The notes: generated by a model from the sequence alone, not told the origin. 64,000 bases of DNA from Syntrophomonas sp. DTU019 (GCA_913757435.1 CAJYDM010000007.1:10647-74646); one strand, 5' to 3'. Positions 1 through 9,466 are shown, numbered from the stretch's first letter. Translations and numbers: made by a program.

Positions 1-143
1 CTGGTGATGATTTGAGCAATTTAGAGAGGCTGGGGCTGGTAATGTGCAAGGCCTGCCTGTGCGGTCTGGGCCAGGCTGCTCCGGCTCCGGTACTGACAAC
101 TCTGAATCATTTCCGCGATGAATACAAAGCTAAACTCAATTAG
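1..143 (+). CDS. 3' end of a NuoF/HydB-type NADH-binding Fe-S flavoprotein subunit (partial, enters from outside the window)
   Basis: The frame starting at nt 3 reads ...CKACLCGLGQAAPAPVLTTLNHFRDEYKAKLN* with TAG at 141-143. The LCGLGQ-AP-PVL-FRDEY tail is the conserved C-terminus of 51-kDa NuoF/HydB-like subunits. Confidence 0.55.
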   Translation, partial: GDDLSNLERLGLVMCKACLCGLGQAAPAPVLTTLNHFRDEYKAKLN

Positions 144-198
144 AAAGCGCGGGGTTCTAAGAGTAGACTGAGAAGTAATAGGGGAAAGGGTGAATTTT

Positions 199-1122
199 AT
201 GAATTGTTTTGCTCCTGGAGAAGTAGCAGGCAATGCCTGCAACATCAGCGCGGCCAAGTCCAAGCTGTCGTTCGGCAAGTTGTTTATCCTGGGCATCCTG
301 GCCGGTGCCTACATCGGCTTCGGTGCCAACCTGGCCACAGTTATCGGCAACGACATACCCAAGTTCCTGGGTAACGGCTTAGGCCAGTTTATGTTCGGCG
401 CCGTGTTCAGCACCGGCTTGATGATGGTGGTTATCGGTGGAGCCGAATTGTTTACCGGCAACAACATGTTTATGATGATCGGCGCCATGAACGGCTCTTG
501 CAGCTGGGGAGACCTATTTAAGAACTGGGTTGTGGTGTGGATAGCCAACTTTGTTGGTTCACTGTTGTTAGTTTACATCGTAGCCGGCGGTTTTTATGGG
601 GTCGGACCGGATGGTGCCGCCTCAGTAGGCTTGTTCAAAGGCGCCGTAGGGGCCAAAGCCCTGGCAGTAGCCAAAGGTAAACTGGAGTTGACCTGGAGCG
701 CAGCATTTTTCCGGGGGATACTCTGTAACTGGCTGGTATGTATGGCGGTCTGGTTGGCTCTGGCCAGCAAAGACGTGGTTGGCAAAGTGTTCGGTATCTT
801 CTTCCCCATTATGGCCTTCGTCGCCAGCGGGTTCGAGCATAGCGTTGCCAATATGTTCTTCATCCCCATGGGCCTGTTGGTAGCTCAGATCCCGGCTATC
901 GTAGACGTAGCCGCAGCGAGTGCCGGCAGCCCTGAAGCCATTGCAGCCTTCAAGCTGGCGGTAACCAATGTGTTCACCTGGAAGCAGTTTATAATGAACA
1001 ACCTCATCCCGGTGACCCTGGGTAACATCGTGGGCGGTTCAATTATGGTGGGTTCACTGTACTGGTTTTCCTACCTGAAAAAAGACGCTCCGGTTGCCAA
1101 AGATAAATCAACCGCAGCATAA
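199..1122 (+). CDS. Formate/nitrite transporter family (FocA/NirC-like) channel
   Basis: ORF 190-1122. The ATG at 199 follows AGGGGAAAGGG. Family motifs are present: GAELFTGN, FFRGILCNWLVCMAVW, ASGFEHSVANMFFIP. The protein is multi-TM. Confidence 0.85.
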   Translation: MNCFAPGEVAGNACNISAAKSKLSFGKLFILGILAGAYIGFGANLATVIGNDIPKFLGNGLGQFMFGAVFSTGLMMVVIGGAELFTGNNMFMMIGAMNGSCSWGDLFKNWVVVWIANFVGSLLLVYIVAGGFYGVGPDGAASVGLFKGAVGAKALAVAKGKLELTWSAAFFRGILCNWLVCMAVWLALASKDVVGKVFGIFFPIMAFVASGFEHSVANMFFIPMGLLVAQIPAIVDVAAASAGSPEAIAAFKLAVTNVFTWKQFIMNNLIPVTLGNIVGGSIMVGSLYWFSYLKKDAPVAKDKSTAA

Positions 1123-1149
1123 CACCAAGGCACTTGTCATATGAAGAAG

Positions 1150-1182
1150 GGGGCTGTCTCAAGAGGGGCAGTCCTTTTTCTT
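1150..1182 (+). terminator. Possible intrinsic terminator after the FNT gene
   Basis: GGGGCTGTC (1150-1158) pairs with GGCAGTCCT (1167-1175), including G.U pairs, and is followed by TTTTCTT. Confidence 0.35.
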
Positions 1183-1374
1183 GTTGTGAGCAGCGCATGG
1201 CTAATAGGTCCTGCAGCCCCCACCTGTTCCCCCTTTCAGGCATCAGCTCTAACTGGGCTGCCATAAAATTTAATTCTATTCAAAAATTTACTAAAAGCGA
1301 CAAATTTGGCGTGGGTTTAGAGGTACAATGGTTTTTGGGGCCATAATTAGTACATAAAATGGGGAAATGGGGAT

Positions 1375-4158
1375 TTGAAGTTGAACCTCAGAAATCGCTT
1401 GTTACTGGGCACGGTGATGCTGCTGACTTTGCAGCTATTGTTTGTCGGATTGGTGGTCAGCACCTTAAATCAGAACAATAAAGCCATGGAGGAAATCCTT
1501 CAGCAGAGATATGCCGTAATAAATAATATAAACTCCATTCGTTATGAACTGAACAATATTAGTCTATGCCTGCATAAAGCCAGTGCAGGCGGACATGATC
1601 CCTTGGAACAAGTACGTAACGTAAATGATTCGATTCTGCATATCAACTCAATGCTGCAACGCCTGGAGACTTATGACAATACCCCTGCAGCGCTCGATAT
1701 TCTAGCCAGGTTTAACACTGCCTATTACGATTATCGAGACGTAGTGAGACAAACCGTATCATATATCGAACAAGGCCAATCACAAACCCTGGTGAACAGA
1801 TTATCAGATGTTGAAGAAACACTGTACAACTCCCTCGCAGTTACGGTGGTGGAGTTTCGAACAGTGCAGGAGCAATTGATGATTGAGGCTTTAGATCGTT
1901 CCCAGGCCTCATTCGCACGTATGATGAGGATGCTGGTGCTTTTCTTCATTATTTATCTGTTCCTGTGCATAGGAATTGTCACCTGGGTATTGCGCAGCAT
2001 GATCAGAAATATTTCTAAGTTAACCACGGTGATTTCTTCTGCAGCTGATAAAAGCTCCGATATGCCCAGACTTGACATCGATTCCCACGACGAGCTGGGT
2101 ACAATTGCAGAGGCGTATAACCGGATGGCCACAGGAATTGAAAATTTCGCCAGAAAAGAGCGGGAGACGGCTTTGCTAATGCAGCAAAGAACCTGGCTAA
2201 GTACCAATATCGCCGAACTAACCACCTCGTTTCAGGATGCTCCCAATACCGAGGAATTAGGCAGCTTTTTCATCGGCAAGGTCTGTTCCCTGATTGCGGC
2301 TCCATACGGCGTGATTTATCTCCGCCAGGATGATGAAGTTTTCACCCAGCTGGCAGCCTATGCTGCAGATACTTCAGTTGATACTCCCCAGAGTATTCAT
2401 ATCGGAGAAGGCCTTATCGGACAATGTGCCAAAGAAAAGCAAAAAATTGTTATTGATCAGACCCCCGAAAATTATATCAAGATAAATTCTGGTTTAGGCT
2501 CAGCAGCTCCGGTAGCTTTGACCATATTTCCGGTGGAATTCGGCGATCAAGTACTAGCCGTTGTGGAAATAGCTTCATTCAAGCCCTGCAGCGATCTGCA
2601 TCATGAGCTATTGGATAAAGCCGCCAGCAATCTCGGCATATTTCTTTTTGGGTTTATGCAGCAAATACAGATTAAGCAACTGCTCAATGAAAGTCAGCTA
2701 TTGAATGAGGAACTGCGGGTGCAGGCTGAAGAATTGCAGAGCCAGTCAGAGGAACTGCAGAGCCAGCACGAAGAGATGAAAACCATCAATGAACAACTTG
2801 AAGCCCAAAATCTCAAGGTTGAGCAGCGCCGCATGGAGATGGAAGCGATGCGCAACGAGCTGCAGGAGAAAAACGATCAGCTTATACAAGCGTCTGAGTT
2901 TAAGTCACAATTCCTGGCCAACATCTCCCACGAGTTGCGCACTCCTTTAAACAGCATTTTGATACTGGCGGAAATCCTGGCCCAGAACCCTGATGAAAAC
3001 CTCACTTCCAAACAGGTGGAATTCGTGACGACCATTTATAATTCCGGACGTGACCTGCTCAACCTAATCAACCAGGTTCTGGATCTGACCAAGATCGAGG
3101 CTGGCAAAATGGATATCCATTACACTGAAATCATCTTGTCGGAATGGATAGACGCCATCAAAAGCCACCATTTATTGGAGGCGAGCCGTCGCGGTATAGA
3201 CTTCGCGGTGGAAATCGACCCTGAGCTGCCCGACATCATTTACAACGACGAACAGCACTTATCGCATATTATCAATAACTTGTTGTCCAATGCTTTTAAG
3301 TTCTCTCCGCACGGTCGGGTTAAGTTGAGTCTGAATCGGTCGCAACGATCCTTTAGCGATCAATACCCGGCTCTGCAAAAGGCCGATTGGGCGATGGAGA
3401 TAGTGGTCAGGGACAATGGCATCGGTATTCCTGCTGACAAACAGGAACTCATATTTGAAGCCTTCATGCAGGCCGATGGGGCGACCAACCGTATTTACGG
3501 AGGTTCAGGGCTGGGATTGTCAATATGCCGTCAGACTGCCTGGCTTCTGGGAGGGTATATCGAGGTCGACAGTCAGTCGGGCCAGGGCAGCACCTTCAGG
3601 GTATTTGTCCCCTGCGACGCAGGGTTGTTGGAAGATCAGGTCGCCAGCAGCACAGATATCCAAGAATTGCCTTTGCAGGTACAGACCCATGCGCCCCTTG
3701 ATTATTCACCTAAAGAACTGTCAACGCCCTCCGACGGTGTGGATGAATCGCCGTTTCAGGGCAGTGAAACCATCCCGATGAATCTTAAGGATAAGACGAT
3801 ACTTCTGGTCGATGATGATATGCGCAATATTTTTGCTCTTACCTCGGTGTTGGAAAACAAGCAAATTGGAGTGTTGTTTGCTGAAAACGGCAAGGAGGCC
3901 ATACAGGTTCTGCTGGAGCATCCTGAAATCGACCTCATCATCATGGATATAATGATGCCCGAAATGGATGGCTACGAGGCTATCAAGAATATTCGGGCTA
4001 TGCCGGAATATCGGGAATTGCCCATAATCGCCCTGACTGCCAAGGCTATGAAAGGTGATCGCCTCAAATGCATCGAGGTGGGGGCCTCGGATTATATGAA
4101 TAAACCAGTGGAAATCGAACAATTGCTGTCATTAATAAGTGTATGGATGTATAAATAA
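1375..4158 (+). CDS. Hybrid sensor histidine kinase (TM-HAMP-GAF-coiled coil-HisKA-HATPase-REC)
   Basis: TTG start after a GGGGAAATGGGG SD-like purine-rich stretch (putative RBS). H-box FLANISHELRTPLN, N/G boxes NNLLSNAFKF, RDNGIGIP and GGSGLGLSI, and a C-terminal receiver LLVDDDMRN...DLIIMDIMMPEMDG...ALTAKA. The coiled coil contains EELQSQSEELQSQ. Confidence 0.9.
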   Translation: MKLNLRNRLLLGTVMLLTLQLLFVGLVVSTLNQNNKAMEEILQQRYAVINNINSIRYELNNISLCLHKASAGGHDPLEQVRNVNDSILHINSMLQRLETYDNTPAALDILARFNTAYYDYRDVVRQTVSYIEQGQSQTLVNRLSDVEETLYNSLAVTVVEFRTVQEQLMIEALDRSQASFARMMRMLVLFFIIYLFLCIGIVTWVLRSMIRNISKLTTVISSAADKSSDMPRLDIDSHDELGTIAEAYNRMATGIENFARKERETALLMQQRTWLSTNIAELTTSFQDAPNTEELGSFFIGKVCSLIAAPYGVIYLRQDDEVFTQLAAYAADTSVDTPQSIHIGEGLIGQCAKEKQKIVIDQTPENYIKINSGLGSAAPVALTIFPVEFGDQVLAVVEIASFKPCSDLHHELLDKAASNLGIFLFGFMQQIQIKQLLNESQLLNEELRVQAEELQSQSEELQSQHEEMKTINEQLEAQNLKVEQRRMEMEAMRNELQEKNDQLIQASEFKSQFLANISHELRTPLNSILILAEILAQNPDENLTSKQVEFVTTIYNSGRDLLNLINQVLDLTKIEAGKMDIHYTEIILSEWIDAIKSHHLLEASRRGIDFAVEIDPELPDIIYNDEQHLSHIINNLLSNAFKFSPHGRVKLSLNRSQRSFSDQYPALQKADWAMEIVVRDNGIGIPADKQELIFEAFMQADGATNRIYGGSGLGLSICRQTAWLLGGYIEVDSQSGQGSTFRVFVPCDAGLLEDQVASSTDIQELPLQVQTHAPLDYSPKELSTPSDGVDESPFQGSETIPMNLKDKTILLVDDDMRNIFALTSVLENKQIGVLFAENGKEAIQVLLEHPEIDLIIMDIMMPEMDGYEAIKNIRAMPEYRELPIIALTAKAMKGDRLKCIEVGASDYMNKPVEIEQLLSLISVWMYK

Positions 4159-5025
4159 ATGGATGCGGTCAGGCGCAGTATTCAACCAAGCACAGATGAC
4201 GGCGAAGAACTGGAACAGATCGAGATCTCCGTTCTTTTGGAGGCCATATACCGCCGTTATGGCTATGATTTCCGGGACTACAATTACGGTTCCATACGTC
4301 GTCGCATAAAACACCGCATGAGCTGCCTGAATCTCAATACCGTGTCAGCGCTGCAGGAGATGGTTTTACACCAACCCCGTGTTTTTCAAGCCTTGGCCGC
4401 TGATTTTACCATCAGCGTGACCGAAATGTTCCGTGATGCCAATTTTTTCCTGGCCATGCGCGAACAGGTGTTACCATCCTTAAAGTCTCATCCATTGATC
4501 AGGGTGTGGCATGCGGGCTGTTCTACCGGTGAAGAGGTCTATTCTATGGCCATATTGCTGAAGGAAGCCGGGCTTTACAGAAAATGTCGGATTTATGCTA
4601 CAGATATCAATCCCAGTTCACTAGCCCAGGCGGAAAAAGGCATTTACCCACTGCATAAGATGCAGCAATATACCCGCAACTATTTGTCTTCCGGGGGAAA
4701 AAGGGCCTTTTGCGAATATTACCGGGTAAGAGGACATGAGGCGATTTTCGACCGGGATTTTAAGTCTAATATGGTATTTGCCCAGCACAATTTGGCCACT
4801 GACAGCTCATTTAATGAATTCCATCTCATTATCTGCCGGAATGTGTTGATATATTTTAATGGTGATCTGCAGCGGCGAGTGAAACAGCTTTTTTACAGGA
4901 GCCTGGCCTCCGCAGGCTATCTGGCCTTGGGAAGCAAAGAGGGCATTGAAAACATCAAGGGTGGGGAGTATTATGAAATCATCGATGCCGGTAACAAAAT
5001 CTACCGCAAGAAATCCCGCAACTGA
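4159..5025 (+). CDS. cheR: CheR-type protein-glutamate O-methyltransferase
   Basis: The ATG overlaps the upstream stop (TAAATG). It has the CheR N-terminal helical region and the SAM-binding motif IRVWHAGCSTGEEVYSMAILLKE...ATDINPSSLAQAEKGIY...ICRNVLIYF. Confidence 0.85.
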   Translation: MDAVRRSIQPSTDDGEELEQIEISVLLEAIYRRYGYDFRDYNYGSIRRRIKHRMSCLNLNTVSALQEMVLHQPRVFQALAADFTISVTEMFRDANFFLAMREQVLPSLKSHPLIRVWHAGCSTGEEVYSMAILLKEAGLYRKCRIYATDINPSSLAQAEKGIYPLHKMQQYTRNYLSSGGKRAFCEYYRVRGHEAIFDRDFKSNMVFAQHNLATDSSFNEFHLIICRNVLIYFNGDLQRRVKQLFYRSLASAGYLALGSKEGIENIKGGEYYEIIDAGNKIYRKKSRN

Positions 5026-6679
5026 TCCCGGCATAGTAAATGTGCTGGCGGTTGATGACCATATCGAGAATCTGGTAGCCATAGAAGCTATTCTAGCTTC
5101 TCCTCGCTATAATATCTGTTCGGTGACATCCGGTACCGAGGCCTTAAAGCAAATCATGCATCAGGATTTCGCGCTGATTCTTATGGATGTGCAGATGCCG
5201 GGAATGGATGGTTTTGAAACCGCCTGGCTGATCAAATCCCGACGTAAGAGCCGGCAGATTCCCATTATCTTCATAACTGCCATCAATCAGGCCATGGAGC
5301 ATGTAGAGCGCGGTTATGCGGTAGGGGCTATCGATTACATATTTAAGCCCTTCAATCCTCAAACCCTGCGGTGGAAGGTAGAAGCCCTAATCGATTATCA
5401 AGCCTATTATTACGAAGTCGAGGCGCAGAGCAGGTTGTTGCAGCAGAAGGCGCAGGAATTGGAAGCTGCTTACCAGCAGCTCCATCATGTCAACACCAAT
5501 CTGGAGCAAATGGTAGAAAAGCGCACCCAGGAACTGCTGGTCTCCAACCGTGAACTGCAGCGGGAGAGCGAAGAACATAAACTAACCAAAGAACACTTCC
5601 GCAAAGTATTTGAACTGAGTCCCACCTTGATGTCAATCCGATCTCTTGAGGACGGCAGCATTGTGGATGTGAACCGCAGCTGGCTGGAAGTGATGGGCTA
5701 CCAGCGGGAGGATTTGGCCTCGCTGACCGATCAGTCATTGTATATCCCCCAAGCTCATAGCCAGGAGGGGGTAATGCTTGAACTGCAAGGGGAATTACGC
5801 AACTGTAAGGTGAAATTTTTGACCAAAAATGGGCTGGTCCACCATGGCCTGCTGTCCACCGAATTATTGTACACTCGTGGAGCACAGCAGGTGCTGGCTG
5901 TGGTCACAGATGTAACCGAGATGGTTGAACTGCAGAAAGAAGTGAACCGGCTGGACCGGCTCCATCTGGTGGGGGAAATGGCGGCCTCCATCGGCCATGA
6001 GATCAGAAATCCCATGACAGCAGTGCGGGGTTTTCTTCAATTGCTGGCTACCGAAGAGAATGTCGGCAGCCAAGAATATTATGAGCTGATGATCAGTGAA
6101 TTGGACCGGGCCAATGACATCATATCCGTATTCCTCGACTTGGCAGGGAACAAAGCCGTAAAACTGCACCTCAATTCTATCAATGAGATCATCGCAACCA
6201 TCTATCCGCTGTTATCTGCCGAGGCTCTGCATGGAGACAAGAATATAGTGCTGGAACTGGGTGAAGTGGCCCCCTTGCTGCTGGACGAGAAAGAGATCCG
6301 GCAGTTGATCATGAATCTTTGCCGCAATGGCCTGGAGGCCATGCCGAGCGGTGGAGCTATTTATATTAAAACCTGGCAGCAAGAAGATGAGGTCATACTC
6401 ACGGTCAGAGACCAGGGCCCAGGGATAGCGGCGGAATTAATGGAAAAGATCGGCACCCCGTTTGTGACCACTAAAGCTACCGGTACCGGTCTCGGATTGC
6501 CGGTATGCTTCAGTATTGCCCACCGCCATAAGGCTCGCGTTGATATTCAGACCGGGAAGACGGGGACTAGCATTTCAGTGATTTTTCCGATCGATCAGGC
6601 GGTACCGCTGCAGCATAGCCCGAGTGGGTCGGCGCAAGCTAGCCTGGACCAGTCATTTAACGAAGCGAATACCATATAA
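4973..6679 (+). CDS. Response-regulator receiver-PAS-histidine kinase (KinA-like HisKA)
   Basis: The ORF opens at 4946. The ATG at 4973 has a GGGGAG SD (a GTG at 5042 is an alternative start). Motifs: REC VLAVDDH...LILMDVQMPGMDG, coiled coil, PAS, H-box GEMAASIGHEIRNPMT, G-box GTGLGLPVC. It overlaps the cheR 3' end. Confidence 0.85.
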   Translation: MKSSMPVTKSTARNPATDPGIVNVLAVDDHIENLVAIEAILASPRYNICSVTSGTEALKQIMHQDFALILMDVQMPGMDGFETAWLIKSRRKSRQIPIIFITAINQAMEHVERGYAVGAIDYIFKPFNPQTLRWKVEALIDYQAYYYEVEAQSRLLQQKAQELEAAYQQLHHVNTNLEQMVEKRTQELLVSNRELQRESEEHKLTKEHFRKVFELSPTLMSIRSLEDGSIVDVNRSWLEVMGYQREDLASLTDQSLYIPQAHSQEGVMLELQGELRNCKVKFLTKNGLVHHGLLSTELLYTRGAQQVLAVVTDVTEMVELQKEVNRLDRLHLVGEMAASIGHEIRNPMTAVRGFLQLLATEENVGSQEYYELMISELDRANDIISVFLDLAGNKAVKLHLNSINEIIATIYPLLSAEALHGDKNIVLELGEVAPLLLDEKEIRQLIMNLCRNGLEAMPSGGAIYIKTWQQEDEVILTVRDQGPGIAAELMEKIGTPFVTTKATGTGLGLPVCFSIAHRHKARVDIQTGKTGTSISVIFPIDQAVPLQHSPSGSAQASLDQSFNEANTI

Positions 6680-6686
6680 AAGACTA

Positions 6687-6719
6687 TAGCCCCCGGCATT
6701 TGTCATAATCCGGGGGCTA
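6687..6719. terminator. Bidirectional stem-loop between convergent genes
   Basis: TAGCCCCCGG (6687-6696) and CCGGGGGCTA (6710-6719) form a perfect 10-bp stem with a 13-nt loop. Confidence 0.6.
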
Positions 6720-6796
6720 GACTCTAGGTATATTGGAATAGATGATAGCGGTGCTGGTTTCCAATTCCATCATATGGTCAGTTCCTTATAATTTAG

Positions 6797-7159
6797 TTAA
6801 AGTTCCATGACCGGTCCACCATGGCTGTAGAAGTAAGCTAGTTTCTCGTTCAGATAGCCTATTGATACCTGTTTGGGGCCCTCTTCAGTAAGCAATGCGA
6901 CCGTCTCCCGGCCAGAATATGCCTTTCTCCGATTGCGGGTGGCAACCGAACTCATAATAACACCATCCTTTTCCTCCAATATTGGTCCCCCGTTGGTTAC
7001 AAAACCGGCCAGGTTTTGTTCCAGACCCTCGCTGCTGATCCGGTTCTGTGCCGCCGGATAGGGGACCAGGGTGAGCTTGTCGGTGGCGGAAGAGGTTTTA
7101 TCCTCGGGTCGGTTCTGCAACTTAGTATCATGGTTGTTGATCATTAATGCTTGTTCCAT
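6797..7159 (-). CDS. Hypothetical 120-aa protein, no family recognised
   Basis: Clean ORF with a strong SD (AGGAAAGGAGG) 6 nt upstream of the ATG at 7159. A perfect sigma-54 promoter lies upstream. Confidence 0.6.
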   Translation of the reverse strand: MEQALMINNHDTKLQNRPEDKTSSATDKLTLVPYPAAQNRISSEGLEQNLAGFVTNGGPILEEKDGVIMSSVATRNRRKAYSGRETVALLTEEGPKQVSIGYLNEKLAYFYSHGGPVMEL

Positions 7160-7214
7160 TATATTGTGCCTCCTTTCCTGTATTACGATTACTTTGTGAA
7201 TTATTTAACATTAA

Positions 7215-7230
7215 TGCAAACAACGTGCCA
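7215..7230 (-). promoter_or_regulatory. Sigma-54 (-24/-12) promoter
   Basis: The minus strand reads TGGCAC-GTTGT-TTGCA, an exact match to TGGCAC-N5-TTGCW. It lies ~56 nt upstream of the ATG at 7159. Confidence 0.7.
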
Positions 7231-7591
7231 ACTGAGAAGAAGATTAAAAATGACACCGCACTGGCTTTAAACGGGGGTTATTAAGAGGAGGGCGAAAGCT
7301 GACACCTGACCGTCTTCATTCAGGATGTGTCAATAGTGTATCAAAAGTGTAAGATATTGAGACACTCCTGACGCAGAGGACACAATGCCCGTATTGGCAT
7401 TTTTAAATATTGAAGCCCTTATGACGCAGTCAACGCAGAGGCGGTTCTCTGTTACATCATACCCGGTTGTATTTACAGGACAACAGCTATTTAGACTATT
7501 GGCGGGCCGTCTCCGACTTGCAGCGCAGAGGGCCCGCTTGAAAACTTTTTCAATGCTAAGGGATTGGCTATAGTGCCGCCGCCGTTTGGCC

Positions 7592-8800
7592 TTACTTGTA
7601 AAAGCTGGCGTGCAGTTGATTCAGACTGTTGAGATGATCAACACTGCCGACATGATCAATGACCACCTCATAGTGGGGACAATCACGCTGTATCTTGTTG
7701 CGTACCCGTCTTTTCAGTTCTGTATAATGGTCCTCGGGGATTTCCCTTCCTACCTCCAGATCAAAGATGACATTAATTTTGTTCTCTGCCTGAGCAATAC
7801 GAAAATCGCGCAAGCGCAAGTTGTTTTCATCCCGAAGGCAGTTTTCGGTTTCAGCTTTGACCCGCTCAATCTTTTCCATATCGGTGGAAATGGGGTCCAT
7901 GTGGATGATAATATTGATGCCCAGCTCGGTTTTAACCTGTCTTTCCAGCGTATCTATAGTGCCGTGGACTTCCACGATGTTCATGTAATCGGGGACTTCG
8001 GCGTGGATGGAGGCTATAATTCGGTTAGGGCCGTAATCATGAACCTCCAGGTCATGAGTTCCGAACACACAATTGCCAGCGCATACCAATTCATTAATCC
8101 TTTCAACCAGAATGGGATCTGGCGCCGAACCAAGCAGCAGATTGACGGTCTCTCGGGCGATATCAAAACCTGCATAGAGGATTATCAGGGAAATCAGCAA
8201 ACCGGCCATGCCGTCGATGGGAAAATCAGTATAAAGCCCGACCAGCATCGAGACTATGACCAGTCCTGTAGCCAGACAGTCGTTTAAACTGTCGAAAGCA
8301 TTGGCTCTGCTGATGCTGGAATTGATGGTTTTAGCGATGTAAGAATTATAGGCGAACATCCATAATTTAACCAAAATGGTCGTGATCAGGATAATCAATA
8401 CCGCGGTGCTGAAGGTGACTCTTTGGGGATGGATCAGTTTATCATAAGAAGTGCGCAACAGCTCAAAGCCGACCGCGAAAATGATGAAGGCCACCACCAG
8501 TGCAGCTATATATTCAAAACGCCCGTGTCCATAGGGGTGCTCTTCATCGGCGGGGCGATTGCTCAGTTTGGCCCCCAGGATGGAAACCAGCGAGGATCCC
8601 ATATCAGTCAGATTGTTGAATGCATCCGATATCACCGCGATGCTATTGATGAACAGGCCGATAGCAAGTTTGGTAATGAACAGGAGCATATTGCAGACGA
8701 TGCCCACAATTCCGGAGAGCACCAGATAGGACTCCCGGACTTTGCGGTCGGAGACATTCTCATAATCTTTTATCCATTTTCTTATCAGGTACTTGATCAT
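7592..8800 (-). CDS. Cation diffusion facilitator (CDF) family metal efflux transporter
   Basis: 402 aa with six TM segments, the EEHPYGHGRFEY motif and a C-terminal cytoplasmic domain typical of CDF proteins. The overlapping + strand ORF 7586-8287 is a shadow ORF. Confidence 0.85.
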   Translation of the reverse strand: MIKYLIRKWIKDYENVSDRKVRESYLVLSGIVGIVCNMLLFITKLAIGLFINSIAVISDAFNNLTDMGSSLVSILGAKLSNRPADEEHPYGHGRFEYIAALVVAFIIFAVGFELLRTSYDKLIHPQRVTFSTAVLIILITTILVKLWMFAYNSYIAKTINSSISRANAFDSLNDCLATGLVIVSMLVGLYTDFPIDGMAGLLISLIILYAGFDIARETVNLLLGSAPDPILVERINELVCAGNCVFGTHDLEVHDYGPNRIIASIHAEVPDYMNIVEVHGTIDTLERQVKTELGINIIIHMDPISTDMEKIERVKAETENCLRDENNLRLRDFRIAQAENKINVIFDLEVGREIPEDHYTELKRRVRNKIQRDCPHYEVVIDHVGSVDHLNSLNQLHASFYK

Positions 8801-8928
8801 TTATCTTAGCCTTTTCTTAAAACTGACCGCTAGACCAGTTCGGCGACCTGAAAGGGGGTCCGTCAGGGACAGTGGCTGAAAGTATGGGGTGTCCAATAAC
8901 TGGTATTAGCATATGTAAACTTTATAAA

Positions 8929-8957
8929 ATTATCGCCGATTTGCTGGATAACAGCAA
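8929..8957 (-). promoter_or_regulatory. Candidate sigma-A promoter of the CDF gene
   Basis: The minus strand has TTGCTG (8957-8952), a 17-nt spacer and GATAAT (8934-8929), ~130 nt upstream of the start codon. Confidence 0.3.
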
Positions 8958-9124
8958 CGTATAAGACTCGTCTTAATGCTAAGACCCCGGATCGGTTGCG
9001 GCAGGTTTGGACAGGGGGAGATTTTTGCCACTTGCTGAAACCATACCCGTTGACCTCAGGCGAGTATCCAGCTATTGCCCGGCTTTTTTATGCACCTTAC
9101 TGACACATATCCTAGCCTTATTAT

Positions 9125-9154
9125 TGACAGCCGGAAATGATAGCCATTAAAATA
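9125..9154 (+). promoter_or_regulatory. Candidate sigma-A promoter of the ArsR/SdpI operon
   Basis: TTGACA (9125-9130), an 18-nt spacer and TAAAAT (9149-9154). Confidence 0.3.
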
Positions 9155-9199
9155 ATAATTAGAAGTTTAACTATATGTTTATGAAGGGGGGCCGTGGTA

Positions 9200-9466
9200 A
9201 TGAATGGAGTCTTCCAAGCCCTGGCCGATCCGACCCGTCGCAGGATACTGGAAATGCTCCGCGAGGGTGGCATGACTGCCGGTGATATCGCGGCTCATTT
9301 CGATATGAGCCAGCCCTCCATCAGCCATCACCTCAAACTGCTCAGGACTGCTGAACTGGTCACTGCGGAGAGAGAGGGACAGTACATCAAGTACCACCTG
9401 AATTTATCGGTCCTGGAGGAAACCTTGCTGGGTTTCTACAACATATTGAGGGGGGCTAAGGCATGA
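9200..9466 (+). CDS. ArsR/SmtB-family (SdpR-like) transcriptional repressor
   Basis: Winged-HTH motif LADPTRRRILEML...MTAGDIA...SQPSISHHLKLLRTAELV. The stop overlaps the next gene (ATGA). Confidence 0.85.
   Translation: MNGVFQALADPTRRRILEMLREGGMTAGDIAAHFDMSQPSISHHLKLLRTAELVTAEREGQYIKYHLNLSVLEETLLGFYNILRGAKA

Noticed and set aside
7586-8287. Long antisense ORFs: 7586-8287 (+), 12996-13754 (-), 23524-24204 (-), 31823-32800 (-), 37200-37865 (-), 38345-39388 (-), 45627-46223 (-) and 62558-63607 (-).
   Set aside because: Each lies fully opposite a gene with clear family motifs (CDF, sigI, U32, ABC SBP, ileS, murT, nrfA). They lack SD sequences and have low-complexity, Arg/Gly/Pro-rich translations typical of shadow frames in GC-rich coding DNA.
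8801-8930. czcD (NiCo) riboswitch in the ~130-nt leader of the CDF transporter gene.
   Set aside because: A GGGACAGTG-like string (8866-8874) is on the + strand, which is the wrong strand for the minus-strand gene. I could not fold the minus-strand leader into the four-way junction from memory. A cmscan would be needed.
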